Assembly: GCA_963663545.1 (NCBI GenBank)
Contig: OY760505.1
Span: 288,001-352,000 of the forward strand
DNA: 64,000 nucleotides
Origin: Candidatus Delongbacteria bacterium
Lineage (GTDB): Bacteria; CAIWAD01
Direction: 5' to 3'
Below are positions 40,901-50,414 of the stretch, piece by piece; the stretch's first letter is position 1; each line of letters opens with the position of its first letter. Made by a program: the position numbers and the translations under genes. The notes below the pieces were generated by a model that worked only from the letters and a program-made list of their open reading frames with translations, was not told the DNA's origin and did not search any database.

Positions 40901-42106
40901 TCCGGCGAAGTGGACTGGTCGGAGTACAGCTACAATGTATCACCGGGTTTCCATCGCATCGGCTGGCGCTACGCCAAGGACGGCGGAGCCGTTGAGGGCA
41001 ACGACTGTGCCTGGCTGGACGCACTGCAACTGGGACCTGCGCCCCAGGCACGTATTGCCTGTGACACAGAATCCATCAACCTGACCCTGGCAGCGGGTGC
41101 CAGCACGACCCTTGAACTGGCCCTCAGCAATCCGGGTAGCGACGAACTGCACTGGCAGGCCATGGCCCTGGCACAAAGCGTGCGCTCCTTCTCCGACGAT
41201 ATGGAAGACGGTGACGGCGACTGGACGCACGATGGCACCCACGACAACTGGCACCGCAGCACTCAGCGCGCCTACTCCGGCAGCACCTCCTGGTACTGCG
41301 GCGTTGAGGGCGACGAATACCAGAATGACACCCACTCCTGGCTGATTAGTCCTGCCTTCCTTGTCGAGCCCGAAGCCACTTTCGGCTTCCGTCACTGGAT
41401 TGATATGGAAATTGCCAGCGCCACTCACGCCTGGGACGGTGGTCTGGTGGAGATCAGCCTTGAGGGCAGCGACACCTGGACGGTGATCAATCCGCTGGGC
41501 GGTTATCCCTACCTGGTGGAGCCCAACGAAGACTCGCCCTTTGACGCCAACACGCCGGTCTTCTCCGGTAGCGTAAACTGGGAACTGGCCGAATTCGATC
41601 TGGCGGATTACGCCGGGCAGATCGTGCGCGTACGTTTCCGCTTTGGCAGTGACGCAGCCGTCACTGAAGAAGGCTGGTACATCGACGATGTGAGCCTCAG
41701 CGGCATTGGCGTAGATTGGCTGAGCATCGATCCCACCAGCGGCACGGTGCTACCCGATGGATCACAGACGCTAACCCTTAGCGTGGATGCTACGGATCAA
41801 GAACCTGGTGCACTGGAAGCCGTGCTGCTTTTTGTTAGCGACGCGGTCAATGCACCAAGTCTTGCGGTGCCCGTGAGTCTGGTGGTGGGCATGACCGATC
41901 CCATCAGCGATCTGCGTATCACGCTGGCTACACCAATGCTGCAGCTTCAGTGGTCGGCACAGAGCGGGGCGCTGAGTTACCTCATTCAGCGGTGCAGCGA
42001 GCCCTACGGCACCTACAGCACTGTGGGCACCACGACTGACACTTTCTGGCAGGAGCAGATCCCGCGCTCTTCTGCCGCCTATTACCGGGTAATTGTCGAG
42101 CGCTGA
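37925..42106 (+). CDS. Secreted C25 (gingipain-like) cysteine peptidase, paralog 1
   Basis: Signal peptide, propeptide (GAPDLP, PLRYNPVSGEL), YVLLGGD, SDFYY, AVGR, catalytic HLGH and SQGC; C-terminal cleaved-adhesin/MAM-like domains (GWYIDDV). Confidence 0.88.
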   Translation: MRGRSLLLCASLFCLSAPAWADHLQFSYQLPDPQVANSDTGMMLNLPGAHRHDVAGAPDLPVWPMRLLLPAGHEALSLSVRYEDVELQSIDPLRPHQQDFPISQRQLATRTAPDADLYGSDAFWPAVDSANLSTSAEDGHCIALADLYPLRYNPVSGELSIAHRIVVEVETAANERFLPPRADHLREVRAHVDNPQALATYQYADEASRTDDVEMLIITDDYFLPAFQLLADYKNSLGLSCEIQYIMDILDAQDGRDNAERLRNHLIAQYATRNVRYVLLGGDTEYIPLRSLYVDTGGGTADHLPSDFYYAALDGDWNADGDSRWGEPGEEDWYAELAVGRAGVSTLADAQNFVHKQISYQDDPVTADVSSYLLVGEQLNDDPVTWGGDCKDEVADGSSNWGMTTTGFPTTVGVTTLYDRDHFWANTELFSALSAGVNFSNHLGHSNWNYVMKFSNDDVTTSNFPSNGDSHSYHLGYSQGCIPGAFDEDACILERLTNLSTGYAAFIGNSRYGWYSPGQTSGPSQLFDRQFFDALFGEGIRELAAANNDSKHDLVSWANSQGTMRWCYYELNLFGDPSLIPWSSPPCMLQVFADNQVLPGTNSIDLSISVASQSPEGTRVALLNEDGTLLGASTADAAGDVQLLLDTPMTEVVDYELVVSGFNLRTHRETITLIEPENAHLASSAMSFTDSNGNGVMEAAEPCALQLTLTNYGNTDAHNVVLTLLTSDNYAVTQGSLICGTIAAGGSATPGGTLQLIPAFSLADGAVLSLQFEAVADEGSWEFELRQTVQSPVFGLGTLLAQDGSNDHLDPQESTSLVLELLNNGEGSYLNGSATLLCSTPGVTITSPAQQVGNLAYGESQSLSFAMNIGGALQNGDNLEFTFQVHDAQSNLRYEQVLQLQLGDVEVGYESGALDELNWESEGASWSVTSSGAAEGSYCARSGSIGHNSRSVLYVERWFDCITQVAFQYKVSSEQGFDFLRFEVDEVPVASWSGEVDWSEYSYNVSPGFHRIGWRYAKDGGAVEGNDCAWLDALQLGPAPQARIACDTESINLTLAAGASTTLELALSNPGSDELHWQAMALAQSVRSFSDDMEDGDGDWTHDGTHDNWHRSTQRAYSGSTSWYCGVEGDEYQNDTHSWLISPAFLVEPEATFGFRHWIDMEIASATHAWDGGLVEISLEGSDTWTVINPLGGYPYLVEPNEDSPFDANTPVFSGSVNWELAEFDLADYAGQIVRVRFRFGSDAAVTEEGWYIDDVSLSGIGVDWLSIDPTSGTVLPDGSQTLTLSVDATDQEPGALEAVLLFVSDAVNAPSLAVPVSLVVGMTDPISDLRITLATPMLQLQWSAQSGALSYLIQRCSEPYGTYSTVGTTTDTFWQEQIPRSSAAYYRVIVER

Positions 42107-42134
42107 AGCGCGTATCACACAAGTCGAGTTCCCC

Positions 42135-42167
42135 GGGGTCGCGAGGATTTCCTTCGCGGCCCCTTTT
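42135..42167 (+). terminator. Rho-independent terminator
   Basis: GGGGTCGCGA...TCGCGGCCCC-TTTT after the peptidase stop. Confidence 0.75.
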
Positions 42168-42173
42168 GCTTCA

Positions 42174-42221
42174 TCGATACCGATCCGACGCCGATGGTGT
42201 CGGCACCGATAGCGATAGCGA
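42174..42221. repeat. Solitary REP-like (GATACCGAT) element
   Basis: TCGATACCGATCCGAC...GTCGGCACCGATAGCGAT resembles 17780-17830 and 30727-30780. Confidence 0.65.
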
Positions 42222-42343
42222 TTTAAGACAGGCTTAACACTCCCGTCATTTCTCCGTGCAGAGCAGCAAGAGTCCAACCTTCGCAGAACTCGTTCAATAC
42301 TGTAGTTTCAGCACTTAGCAGCGACCCGCGCCTCCAAGCTGAG

Positions 42344-42396
42344 GGCATGAAATTTGCATCATTAATGGATCTACTCTGAATCGTGGGACATTCAGA
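42344..42396 (+). promoter_or_regulatory. Sigma54 promoter plus conserved 5' leader hairpin
   Basis: GGCAT-GAAAT-TTGCA, then CTACTCTGAATCGTGGGACATTCAGA (25/26 identical to the leader of paralog 1). Confidence 0.7.
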
Positions 42397-42423
42397 TGAC
42401 ATTCATAGACACGGGGAGACCTC

Positions 42424-45400
42424 ATGCCGGGTCGTTCGTCTCTTGTACTCTGTGTGACACTCGTAGGCTTTGCGCTACAGGCACACGCAGACCATCTGCA
42501 ATTCAGCTATACCCTTCCAGCAGCGCACTTCACGCGCAGTGCGGAAGGCGGCACCTTGAACCTTCCGGGTTCTCATCGTCATGGTATTGCGGGTGCTCCC
42601 GACCTTCCCGTCTGGCCGCTGCAGCTACTGTTGCCAGCTGGTCACGAAGCGATTTCGCTCAACGTGCGCTATGAGGACGTGGAGCTTCAATCCGTCGATC
42701 CACTGCGACCCAGCCAACAGGCTGTGCCCATCTCCCAAAGTCAACTTGCCCGTCGCACACGGCCCGACGAGCAGATCTACAACCGAGATGCTTTCTGGCC
42801 GGAGTCCGACTATGCGCACTTGAGCACTTCTGCGCTGGGCGGCCACTGCATCGCCCTGGCGGATCTTTATCCCCTGCGCTACAATGCTGTCAGCGGCGAA
42901 TTTAGCTTCGCGCATCGCATCGTCGTGGATGTGGAAACAGCACCCGGCGAGCGCTTCCTGCCGCCGCGTGCGGAGTTCCAGCGCGAGCTCAGCGGTCGCA
43001 TCGACAACGCGCAGGCGATGGCCGACTACAGGTATTGCATGGACGCCAGCCGCACTGATCCTGTGGAGATGCTGATCATTACCGACAGCTCTCTGGAATC
43101 CGCCTTTCAGCCGCTGGCTGACTACAAAAACAGCCTGGGTCTGAGTTGTGAGATTCAGTCGATCGATGAGATTCTGGCCGCCCAGAACGGGCGCGACAAC
43201 GCCGAGAAGCTGCGCAATCACCTGATCGCCCAGTATGAGGAGCGCAATATCCGCTACGTGCTGCTGGGCGGTGATACAGAGGTCATTCCCTACCGCAGTC
43301 TCTACGTGGATACGGGCTATGATACTGCCGATCACCTCCCCTCCGATTTCTATTTCGCCGCCTTGGATGGCGATTGGAACAGCGATGGCGACAACCGCTG
43401 GGGTGAGCCGGGCGAAGAAGACTGGTACGCCGAATTGGCTGTGGGAAGGGCCAGCGTCAGCACCACGACCGAAGCGCAGAACTTTGTACACAAGCAGATT
43501 TCCTATCAAAGCAATCCGGTCCTTGCCGATGTATCACAGTACCGCATGGTGGGCGAAGAACTGAACGATGATCCCCAGACCTGGGGCGGCGACAGCAAGG
43601 ATGAAGTGGCCGCAGGCAGCAGTACCTATGGAATCACGACTGCGGGGTTCCCGCCCTCGGTCACCACGAGCACTCTCTACGATCGCGACCACACCTGGGT
43701 CAAAACCGAACTCTTCTCTGCGTTGGCCAATGGCGTGAACTTCAGCAATCACTTGGGTCACTCCAACTGGAACTACGTGATGAAGTTCGGCAACTCCGAT
43801 GTGACCACGGCCAACTTCCCCAGTGATGGCGTGAATCACAGCTATCATCTGGGCTATAGCCAGGGCTGCATTCCCGGCGCCTTTGAATACAACGATTGCA
43901 TTCTGGAGCACCTGACCAATCTGAGTACGGGCTACGCGGCCTTCATTGGCAACTCGCGCTACGGCTGGTACTCGCCCGGCCAGACCAGCGGCCCCAGCCA
44001 GTTCTTTGATCGCGAGTTTTTCGACGCCCTCTTCGACGAGGGTATTCGCGAATTGGCTGCCGCCAACAATGACAGCAAACACGATCTGGTGAGCTGGGCC
44101 AACAGCGATGGCATCATGCGCTGGTGCTACTATGAATTGAATCTCTTCGGCGACCCCGGACTGATCCCCTGGAGCTCAGCCCCCTGCGTGCTGCAAGTCG
44201 ATGTGGAAAACGAAGTGCTGCCCGGCACAAACAGCCTTTCGCTACTGCTGAACCTAACCGGCCAATCACCCGCTGGCACGCGTGTGTCCCTGCTGGACGC
44301 AGGCGGCAACATTCTGGGCACGACTACGGCTAACGCTTTCGGGGAAGCGACCCTGCAACTGGATGCGCCAATGACCGAAATCGCCGACTACGAGTTGGTG
44401 GTATCCGGTTACAACCTGCTGGTGCATCGGGAAACCATCCGTCTGAGCGAACCTGCGGAGGCGCATCTTGTTGCCAATGCCATGCTCATTGAGGACACGA
44501 ACGGCAACGGTGCACTGGAAGCCGGCGAAGAAGCCAGCCTCTTTCTCAACCTGCACAACTACGGCGGGGCTGATGCCACGAATGCTGGGCTACAGCTGCT
44601 TGAAAGCGAGGACTACGAAGTTGTCCAGGGCTCGCTGGCCTTCGAGAATTCCATTGCGTCGGGTGGAGACGCTACGCCTGCCACTCCTCTGGTGATACGC
44701 CCCCGCTTTGATCTTGAGGACGGCACGGACCTGACCCTTTTCTTTGCGGCAAGCGCGGACAATGGATACTGGGAGTTTGAACTCTCCCGAACGGTGCTGA
44801 GTCCGCTCTATGCACTGGGAAGCCTGACGGCTGAGGATACCGCCAACGGCCATCTGGACCCGCAGGAAAGCTCACAGCTCATTCTGGAATTGCAGAACGA
44901 GGGCCAGGGCAGCTATCTGGACGGCGAGGCTGAACTCCTGTGCAGCATCGGCGGTGTCGACATTAGCACGAGCATTCTGCCGGTGGGCGATCTGAGTCAC
45001 GGCGCTAGCCTGCAATTGCCCTTTGCCCTGAACATTGGTGGAACTCTCCAGGCGGGTGATCTACTGGACTTCAGCTTCCGCGTCCGCGACGAGCAAAACA
45101 ACCTGCGCTTCGAGCAGGACTTTGTGTTACAACTGGGCGAAGTCGCCGTCGGCTTCGAGAGTGGTGCGCTGGATGAACTGAGCTGGGAATCCGAAGACAC
45201 AGTCTGGTCGGTGATCTCCAGTGGTGCGGCGGAAGGCGGCTACTGTGCGCGTAGCGCTTCCATCGGTCACAACAGCAGCAGTGGGCTTTTCTTCGATTTG
45301 GGTTTCGATTGTATCACACGCGTGGCTTTTCAGTACCGTGTCAGCTCTGAAGAGGGCGACGACCTTCTGCGTTTCGAAGTGGATGGGCAAACGGTGGCCT

Positions 45401-46611
45401 CCTGGTCGGGCGAGGAAGGCTGGGACTCATACAGTGTCAATGTATCACCCGGTCTGCATCGCATCGGCTGGCGCTATGTCAAGGACAACGCCTACAGCAG
45501 CGGCCAGGATTGCGCCTGGTTGGACGATATTCAAATCGGTCCCGCGCCCCAGGCTCGCATCTACTGTGACACAGAATCCATCCATACTACTGTTGCCGCT
45601 GGCAGCAGTGGCAGCATCGACTTGGTGCTAAGCAACACCGGTAGCGACGATCTGCACTGGCAGGCGGCGCTCCTGGAGCAAATTACGCGCTCCTTCAGCG
45701 ACGACATGGAAGAAGGCGAAGGCGGCTGGAGTCACGACGGCAGCAACGACGATTGGCACCTTAGCACTCAGCGCGCCTACTCCGGCAGCACTTCCTGGCA
45801 CTGCGGCATTGATGGAGGTGACTACCAAAACAACACCCACGCCTGGCTGGTTAGCCCGACCTTCTTCGTGGAACCGCAGGCCACCTTCGGCTTCCGTCAC
45901 TGGCTGGAGATGGAGCTAGGCAGCCCCACTCACGCCTGGGATGGCGCCCTGGTGGAGATCAGTCTTGCGGAAAGTGATACGTGGACGTCGATCAATCCGC
46001 TGGGCGGTTATCCTTATCTCGCACAGCCCAATGTGGATTCACCTTTTGATCCCTACACGCCGATCTACTCCGGTTCGGTTGACTGGGAGCAGGAGGAGTT
46101 TGATCTGGCGGATTACGCTGGCCAGCTTGTACGTGTACGCTTCCGCTTCGGTAGCGATGCTGGAAACAGCGCGGAAGGCTGGTATATCGACGATGTGCGC
46201 ATCAATGGTCTCACGGTGGAATGGCTGAGTCTCGATCCCGCTGCGGGCACAATTCTGCCGGAAGAATCCCAGACCTTGACCCTTGCCGTGGACACGAACG
46301 ACCTGGATCTCGGTGTGCATGAGGCAAGACTGTTCTTTGCCAGCGATGCGATCAATGATCCCAGTCTGGCCCTGCCCGTGACCTTGATTGTCGGCGTGGC
46401 CGAACCGGTCGACGACCTGCAAATCAGCTGGACGGCGCCCTACGTTTGTCTGCACTGGACCGCCCTGAGTGGCACTCCGGTTTATCGGATACAGCGCAGC
46501 GGCGAGCCCTATGGCGACTACATAACCGTGGGCACAACCACCAACGCCTTCTGGCAGGAGCGCATGCCGCGCTTCCCCGTCGGCTACTACCGGGTGATCG
46601 TCGAGCGTTAG
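42424..46611 (+). CDS. Secreted C25 (gingipain-like) cysteine peptidase, paralog 2
   Basis: Colinear with 37925-42106 over the full length; same HLGH/SQGC motifs. Confidence 0.88.
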   Translation: MPGRSSLVLCVTLVGFALQAHADHLQFSYTLPAAHFTRSAEGGTLNLPGSHRHGIAGAPDLPVWPLQLLLPAGHEAISLNVRYEDVELQSVDPLRPSQQAVPISQSQLARRTRPDEQIYNRDAFWPESDYAHLSTSALGGHCIALADLYPLRYNAVSGEFSFAHRIVVDVETAPGERFLPPRAEFQRELSGRIDNAQAMADYRYCMDASRTDPVEMLIITDSSLESAFQPLADYKNSLGLSCEIQSIDEILAAQNGRDNAEKLRNHLIAQYEERNIRYVLLGGDTEVIPYRSLYVDTGYDTADHLPSDFYFAALDGDWNSDGDNRWGEPGEEDWYAELAVGRASVSTTTEAQNFVHKQISYQSNPVLADVSQYRMVGEELNDDPQTWGGDSKDEVAAGSSTYGITTAGFPPSVTTSTLYDRDHTWVKTELFSALANGVNFSNHLGHSNWNYVMKFGNSDVTTANFPSDGVNHSYHLGYSQGCIPGAFEYNDCILEHLTNLSTGYAAFIGNSRYGWYSPGQTSGPSQFFDREFFDALFDEGIRELAAANNDSKHDLVSWANSDGIMRWCYYELNLFGDPGLIPWSSAPCVLQVDVENEVLPGTNSLSLLLNLTGQSPAGTRVSLLDAGGNILGTTTANAFGEATLQLDAPMTEIADYELVVSGYNLLVHRETIRLSEPAEAHLVANAMLIEDTNGNGALEAGEEASLFLNLHNYGGADATNAGLQLLESEDYEVVQGSLAFENSIASGGDATPATPLVIRPRFDLEDGTDLTLFFAASADNGYWEFELSRTVLSPLYALGSLTAEDTANGHLDPQESSQLILELQNEGQGSYLDGEAELLCSIGGVDISTSILPVGDLSHGASLQLPFALNIGGTLQAGDLLDFSFRVRDEQNNLRFEQDFVLQLGEVAVGFESGALDELSWESEDTVWSVISSGAAEGGYCARSASIGHNSSSGLFFDLGFDCITRVAFQYRVSSEEGDDLLRFEVDGQTVASWSGEEGWDSYSVNVSPGLHRIGWRYVKDNAYSSGQDCAWLDDIQIGPAPQARIYCDTESIHTTVAAGSSGSIDLVLSNTGSDDLHWQAALLEQITRSFSDDMEEGEGGWSHDGSNDDWHLSTQRAYSGSTSWHCGIDGGDYQNNTHAWLVSPTFFVEPQATFGFRHWLEMELGSPTHAWDGALVEISLAESDTWTSINPLGGYPYLAQPNVDSPFDPYTPIYSGSVDWEQEEFDLADYAGQLVRVRFRFGSDAGNSAEGWYIDDVRINGLTVEWLSLDPAAGTILPEESQTLTLAVDTNDLDLGVHEARLFFASDAINDPSLALPVTLIVGVAEPVDDLQISWTAPYVCLHWTALSGTPVYRIQRSGEPYGDYITVGTTTNAFWQERMPRFPVGYYRVIVER

Positions 46612-46635
46612 GTCTTGTATCACACGAACAAACAG

Positions 46636-46666
46636 AAGGGGTCGTGAGCAGTTCACGACCCCTTTT
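46636..46666 (+). terminator. Rho-independent terminator
   Basis: AAGGGGTCGTGA-gcagt-TCACGACCCCTT-TT. Confidence 0.8.
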
Positions 46667-46694
46667 CTTCTCCAATCGATGGGAACGGGTGCGA

Positions 46695-46928
46695 TCACTT
46701 CAGCAGCAGCACCTTCTGCGTTTGTGTTACGTCAGCGGCTTGAAGCCGAACGAGGTAAACGCCGCTCGCCAGACCGCTGCCATCAAAGGCCAGACGATGT
46801 TCTCCCGCCGGGCGCACTTCGTCACACAAACACGCCACTTCCTGCCCCAACAGGTTGTAGACACTCAGGCTCACGCGGGACTCGCTCCCCTGTTGCCAAC
46901 GGATCTGTGTCACGGGATTGAAGGGGTT
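46695..46928 (-). pseudogene. Orphan C-terminal sorting-domain fragment
   Basis: NPFNPVTQI...VYNLLGQEV...FDGSGLASGVYLVRL...QKVLLLK with no upstream cargo domain or signal peptide. Confidence 0.75.
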
Positions 46929-47107
46929 TCCGGATCGCTTATGGTCAGTTCTTGTGATAGGATTCGAGTGATTGCGGTGCTGCCCAAGTAGCTACAGAAT
47001 CAGCAACTCATTAGGCGCAGATACTACTATTGCCAACCTTGTGATACGAGAGGAATTGCACCTGCAACTAGCCTATAAAAGTCAGGTACTGGTTTTGAAC
47101 TGAGCGG

Positions 47108-47641
47108 CTACATGGAAAGAGGAGGCAAATACACCCAGCGCTCGCGAAGAAGCACTCCATCCTCGTCCTGCAGTTCGTCACGCAGGCCGATCTCATTCCA
47201 GTCGGTCGGTGATACAAATCCTAGTTCACGGCTCAGTCTGCGCTCCGTGATACGCATGGTGCGTCCAAGATCGGTGCTGGATTCGGTCACAAGTGGTTGC
47301 AGGTATTCTTCACCACGCAGCAACAGCAGCTCGCAATCAAAGAGTGTAGGCCAGGTGATACAGCACACGGGGATCAGCGCGGAAGCCTCGCCTTTGAGTT
47401 TGCGCTGCAATAGAGCGGATGCCCTGAGCACTTCCTGTAGCACCGTACGCTGTATCACGAAACGCGCTCGCGGGCCTTCCACCATTGCCGAGTTCACCGG
47501 CAGACGCCAGTAGTAGCCGGCGTCGTCCACACCATCGGGCGCTGGCGGGTGCTGTGCAAACCTATCGGCCCAGGCAGCCAGCGCACGCAGTCGGCGTTTG
47601 AGGCCGCGTACACGTTTGTTGCTGATGGCAAGCTCTCGCAT
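47108..47641 (-). CDS. Hypothetical protein, DUF3916-like
   Basis: RBS GAGGTGA; N-terminus KRVRGLKRRLR...YWRLPV...ITWPTLFDCEL resembles DUF3916. Confidence 0.6.
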   Translation of the reverse strand: MRELAISNKRVRGLKRRLRALAAWADRFAQHPPAPDGVDDAGYYWRLPVNSAMVEGPRARFVIQRTVLQEVLRASALLQRKLKGEASALIPVCCITWPTLFDCELLLLRGEEYLQPLVTESSTDLGRTMRITERRLSRELGFVSPTDWNEIGLRDELQDEDGVLLRERWVYLPPLSM

Positions 47642-47752
47642 GATGTCACCTCACTATGCCCAAACTTCGTCCCATCGCATCGCCTCCAGCACGCCCTTGC
47701 GGTACTCCTGCCAGCGGCCCTGCTGAAGGGCCAGACGGGCGTCGCGCAACGC

Positions 47753-50329
47753 CTATTTTAGCAACAAAACCTTCCGTGTCTGCGCCACATCTTCTGTGCG
47801 CAAGGTGATGAAGTAAACGCCGCTGGCCAGCGCTTGGCCATCAAAGCGAACCTGATGCTCGCCGGGCATGAAATCCCCTTCGGCCAAATCGGCCACAAGC
47901 TGCCCGCACAGGTTGTAGGCGGAAAGACGCAGATGCGTGGGTGCCTGTATGATAAAGGGAATCGTCGTTACCGGATTGAAGGGATTGGGATACGCGTCAC
48001 CCAGTGTCGGCGAGGCGGGAAGCGTGGCCGCCTTGAGCGGCGGCACCGCCAGCCAGGGATCACCCGGAGCCAGCGGACCGCCGGTGTAACCGATATCACA
48101 GCGCAGGCCGCCCAGCCCGGGCCACAGGGCAATGGCGGGAATCTCGCTATCGGGAAGATCCTGCCAGCTAGGATCTGGATCGCCCGCATCCACACAGGGC
48201 GAGTTGCTCGCTAGATACGGCACACCACGCTGCTCATCGAAGCGCGCGTCGGCCACCACGAAATTACCTTCGCCGGGCTGCGCCTCCTGCAAACAACTAT
48301 AGGTGAATGGCGGCGTGTACTTATCGCCGGCGTACCATTCATGCAGCTCGTGCCCCAAGCTGATATAGCTGCAATTGTTCACCAGGATGTTGCGCCATAC
48401 CGAATACCTTGGGCGAATTCGAATATTGTACGTGTTGCTCTCGTGCGTGAGGAACTTGGTGTTGCAGTCCACCAGAGTGACGTTTTCCACATGAACGCTA
48501 TCGCTACAGACACAAAAGGGGTCCTGCTCACCGACATCGTAGGCTACGCCAGGAAAGATTCTTAGCGTATCTGTGTTCTGAATCAGAACGTTTTGCACCC
48601 GCGCAAAACAGACAGAATCGTAGGGTGCGGGAATTCCTGAAGCACGCAGAGCATAGCGGTTGTTGTCGATGTATTGACAATTGCGCACCGTCAAACGCCT
48701 GGCTGAAAACTCGCTGGCGCCGTCGTCATTGTCCACAAACAGGCAGTCCTCCACCAGCATGTCGCCCTTTGACAAGCCCAGCATCTGACGAGCACCAGCG
48801 GACACCGTGCTGCCAACGTGTATTAGGCGCAAATTCGGGTCAAAGGGCCAGGTATATTCCATGTTCTCGTACCGGTTGTGTAGCACACGCAGATTGCGCA
48901 ACTCGAGACGACAGGGATGGCAGTACGCATATACGGATATTGTAAGCACTCGAAATGGGCAACGGGTGCCACGGCTGAAGTAGTTGTAGGGGTCATCTAG
49001 GTCAATCACTTCATTGCCCTCACAAAGCAAGTCCTCAAAAACAAAGGTGCCTTCAGTATCTGAAAACTCTGCCTCTAACAGTGCTTTGCTAACAGCGTGC
49101 ACTTCATGAAGCACGCCATCACCGTAATCGACCAAATACTTCGGCGCAACGGAGGTGTTCCGGCAAAGCTCGCCATGACGCAGATTCATCCGCCTAGTGG
49201 CCATAGCTCTGCCTGGACCGGCAGAGTACAAAGTGTCCTCATCTCCTGGATCAGTAACATTGTCGTTAAAACGAAAATTGCTCAACTCGCCAAGCCGCCC
49301 ACCGACGATTCCGAGCAGGCGCCAGGATCTACTTGAACAACGTTCGAAGACCAGCCCGTCCACGGTGGTCATACTTTCGCAATGGATCATTGCGTAGAAG
49401 CTCGCGTCGTAGTTAAGCGGATCGTCCGAAACCGTGTTATCACTAATCTCAACATCTCGCACGCGCACATCCCGATCCGATGCGATGTTAAGAAGGGGGC
49501 TGTAGTTGTGAATGTGCGTCATGCGCACGCCCTGCACATCAAGATCAAACTCGCTTCCCACATTAAACACAGAACAGCCGGAGTTACCGAAAAGGTGAAG
49601 ATTGTGGAAGTCGACGCCTTCTACGCGAGTGTAGGTATCGCTACCGAAGCTGAACTCTGCTTCGGCTACTGAATCCCCCTCCATGCTGACCTGCAGATCT
49701 CGGACTTCAAGGGTATCCTCAACACCGATTCGCACACTGTATGACGAATACTCAAAGGATCTCGTGTCATCCATTACAAAGTGGCTGTTATACAAGCGAG
49801 TAGAACGTGGCGTTTCCGTGATCTGCACATGGGTGGAATCCACCAAGTACACATGGGGTTTTGCCATCAGATCTCGAGCAGCAACCCCAATCTCTGTACG
49901 GTTCCAGCGAAAACGCAGATGCTCCAGACGGGCATCGGCCAGTTCCCGCTGATGAATACCGCCTGGGAAATCGTAAGGAGGTTCATCTAAACGCCTCATC
50001 CCCATGCCGTGCTGTATGGTAAAGCCCACAACGCGGCAGAAATGCGGATCTGTATTGCGAATAGTCAGCACGGTGCCCGTCAGTTCTCCATCGAGCTGAG
50101 TTTCCAGAATGTCGGTGGTGTCGCCGCTGAACAGATAATTGGAGCACAGAGTCAGATCCCGGTCCGGCGTCACCAGATGAACCGGCCAGCAGCCACGGGC
50201 CACCAGCACCGTATCGCCAGGCTCGGTCTGGTCCAGGGCCTGCTGGAGATTGTCGATCTGGGAAGGGAACTCAAGAACAGCCGCACGGGCACAGAAGCAG
50301 CAAACAAGCAACAGCAGGTGGCGTATCAT
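47753..50329 (-). CDS. Secreted beta-helix-like protein with YPNPFNP C-terminal sorting domain (copy 1)
   Basis: Start MIRHLLLL after AGGAGGAG; LQQALD...GDTVLVARG, SPCVDAGDP, AYPNPFNP...LASGVYF...KVLLLK. Confidence 0.85.
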   Translation of the reverse strand: MIRHLLLLVCCFCARAAVLEFPSQIDNLQQALDQTEPGDTVLVARGCWPVHLVTPDRDLTLCSNYLFSGDTTDILETQLDGELTGTVLTIRNTDPHFCRVVGFTIQHGMGMRRLDEPPYDFPGGIHQRELADARLEHLRFRWNRTEIGVAARDLMAKPHVYLVDSTHVQITETPRSTRLYNSHFVMDDTRSFEYSSYSVRIGVEDTLEVRDLQVSMEGDSVAEAEFSFGSDTYTRVEGVDFHNLHLFGNSGCSVFNVGSEFDLDVQGVRMTHIHNYSPLLNIASDRDVRVRDVEISDNTVSDDPLNYDASFYAMIHCESMTTVDGLVFERCSSRSWRLLGIVGGRLGELSNFRFNDNVTDPGDEDTLYSAGPGRAMATRRMNLRHGELCRNTSVAPKYLVDYGDGVLHEVHAVSKALLEAEFSDTEGTFVFEDLLCEGNEVIDLDDPYNYFSRGTRCPFRVLTISVYAYCHPCRLELRNLRVLHNRYENMEYTWPFDPNLRLIHVGSTVSAGARQMLGLSKGDMLVEDCLFVDNDDGASEFSARRLTVRNCQYIDNNRYALRASGIPAPYDSVCFARVQNVLIQNTDTLRIFPGVAYDVGEQDPFCVCSDSVHVENVTLVDCNTKFLTHESNTYNIRIRPRYSVWRNILVNNCSYISLGHELHEWYAGDKYTPPFTYSCLQEAQPGEGNFVVADARFDEQRGVPYLASNSPCVDAGDPDPSWQDLPDSEIPAIALWPGLGGLRCDIGYTGGPLAPGDPWLAVPPLKAATLPASPTLGDAYPNPFNPVTTIPFIIQAPTHLRLSAYNLCGQLVADLAEGDFMPGEHQVRFDGQALASGVYFITLRTEDVAQTRKVLLLK

Positions 50330-50414
50330 GATCTCTCCTCCTTGCACTCTTTCGCAACTAAAGGGAAAGCGCGGCCGCCGCACGAAGCGGCGACCGCATC
50401 AAGTATCACCTCAG

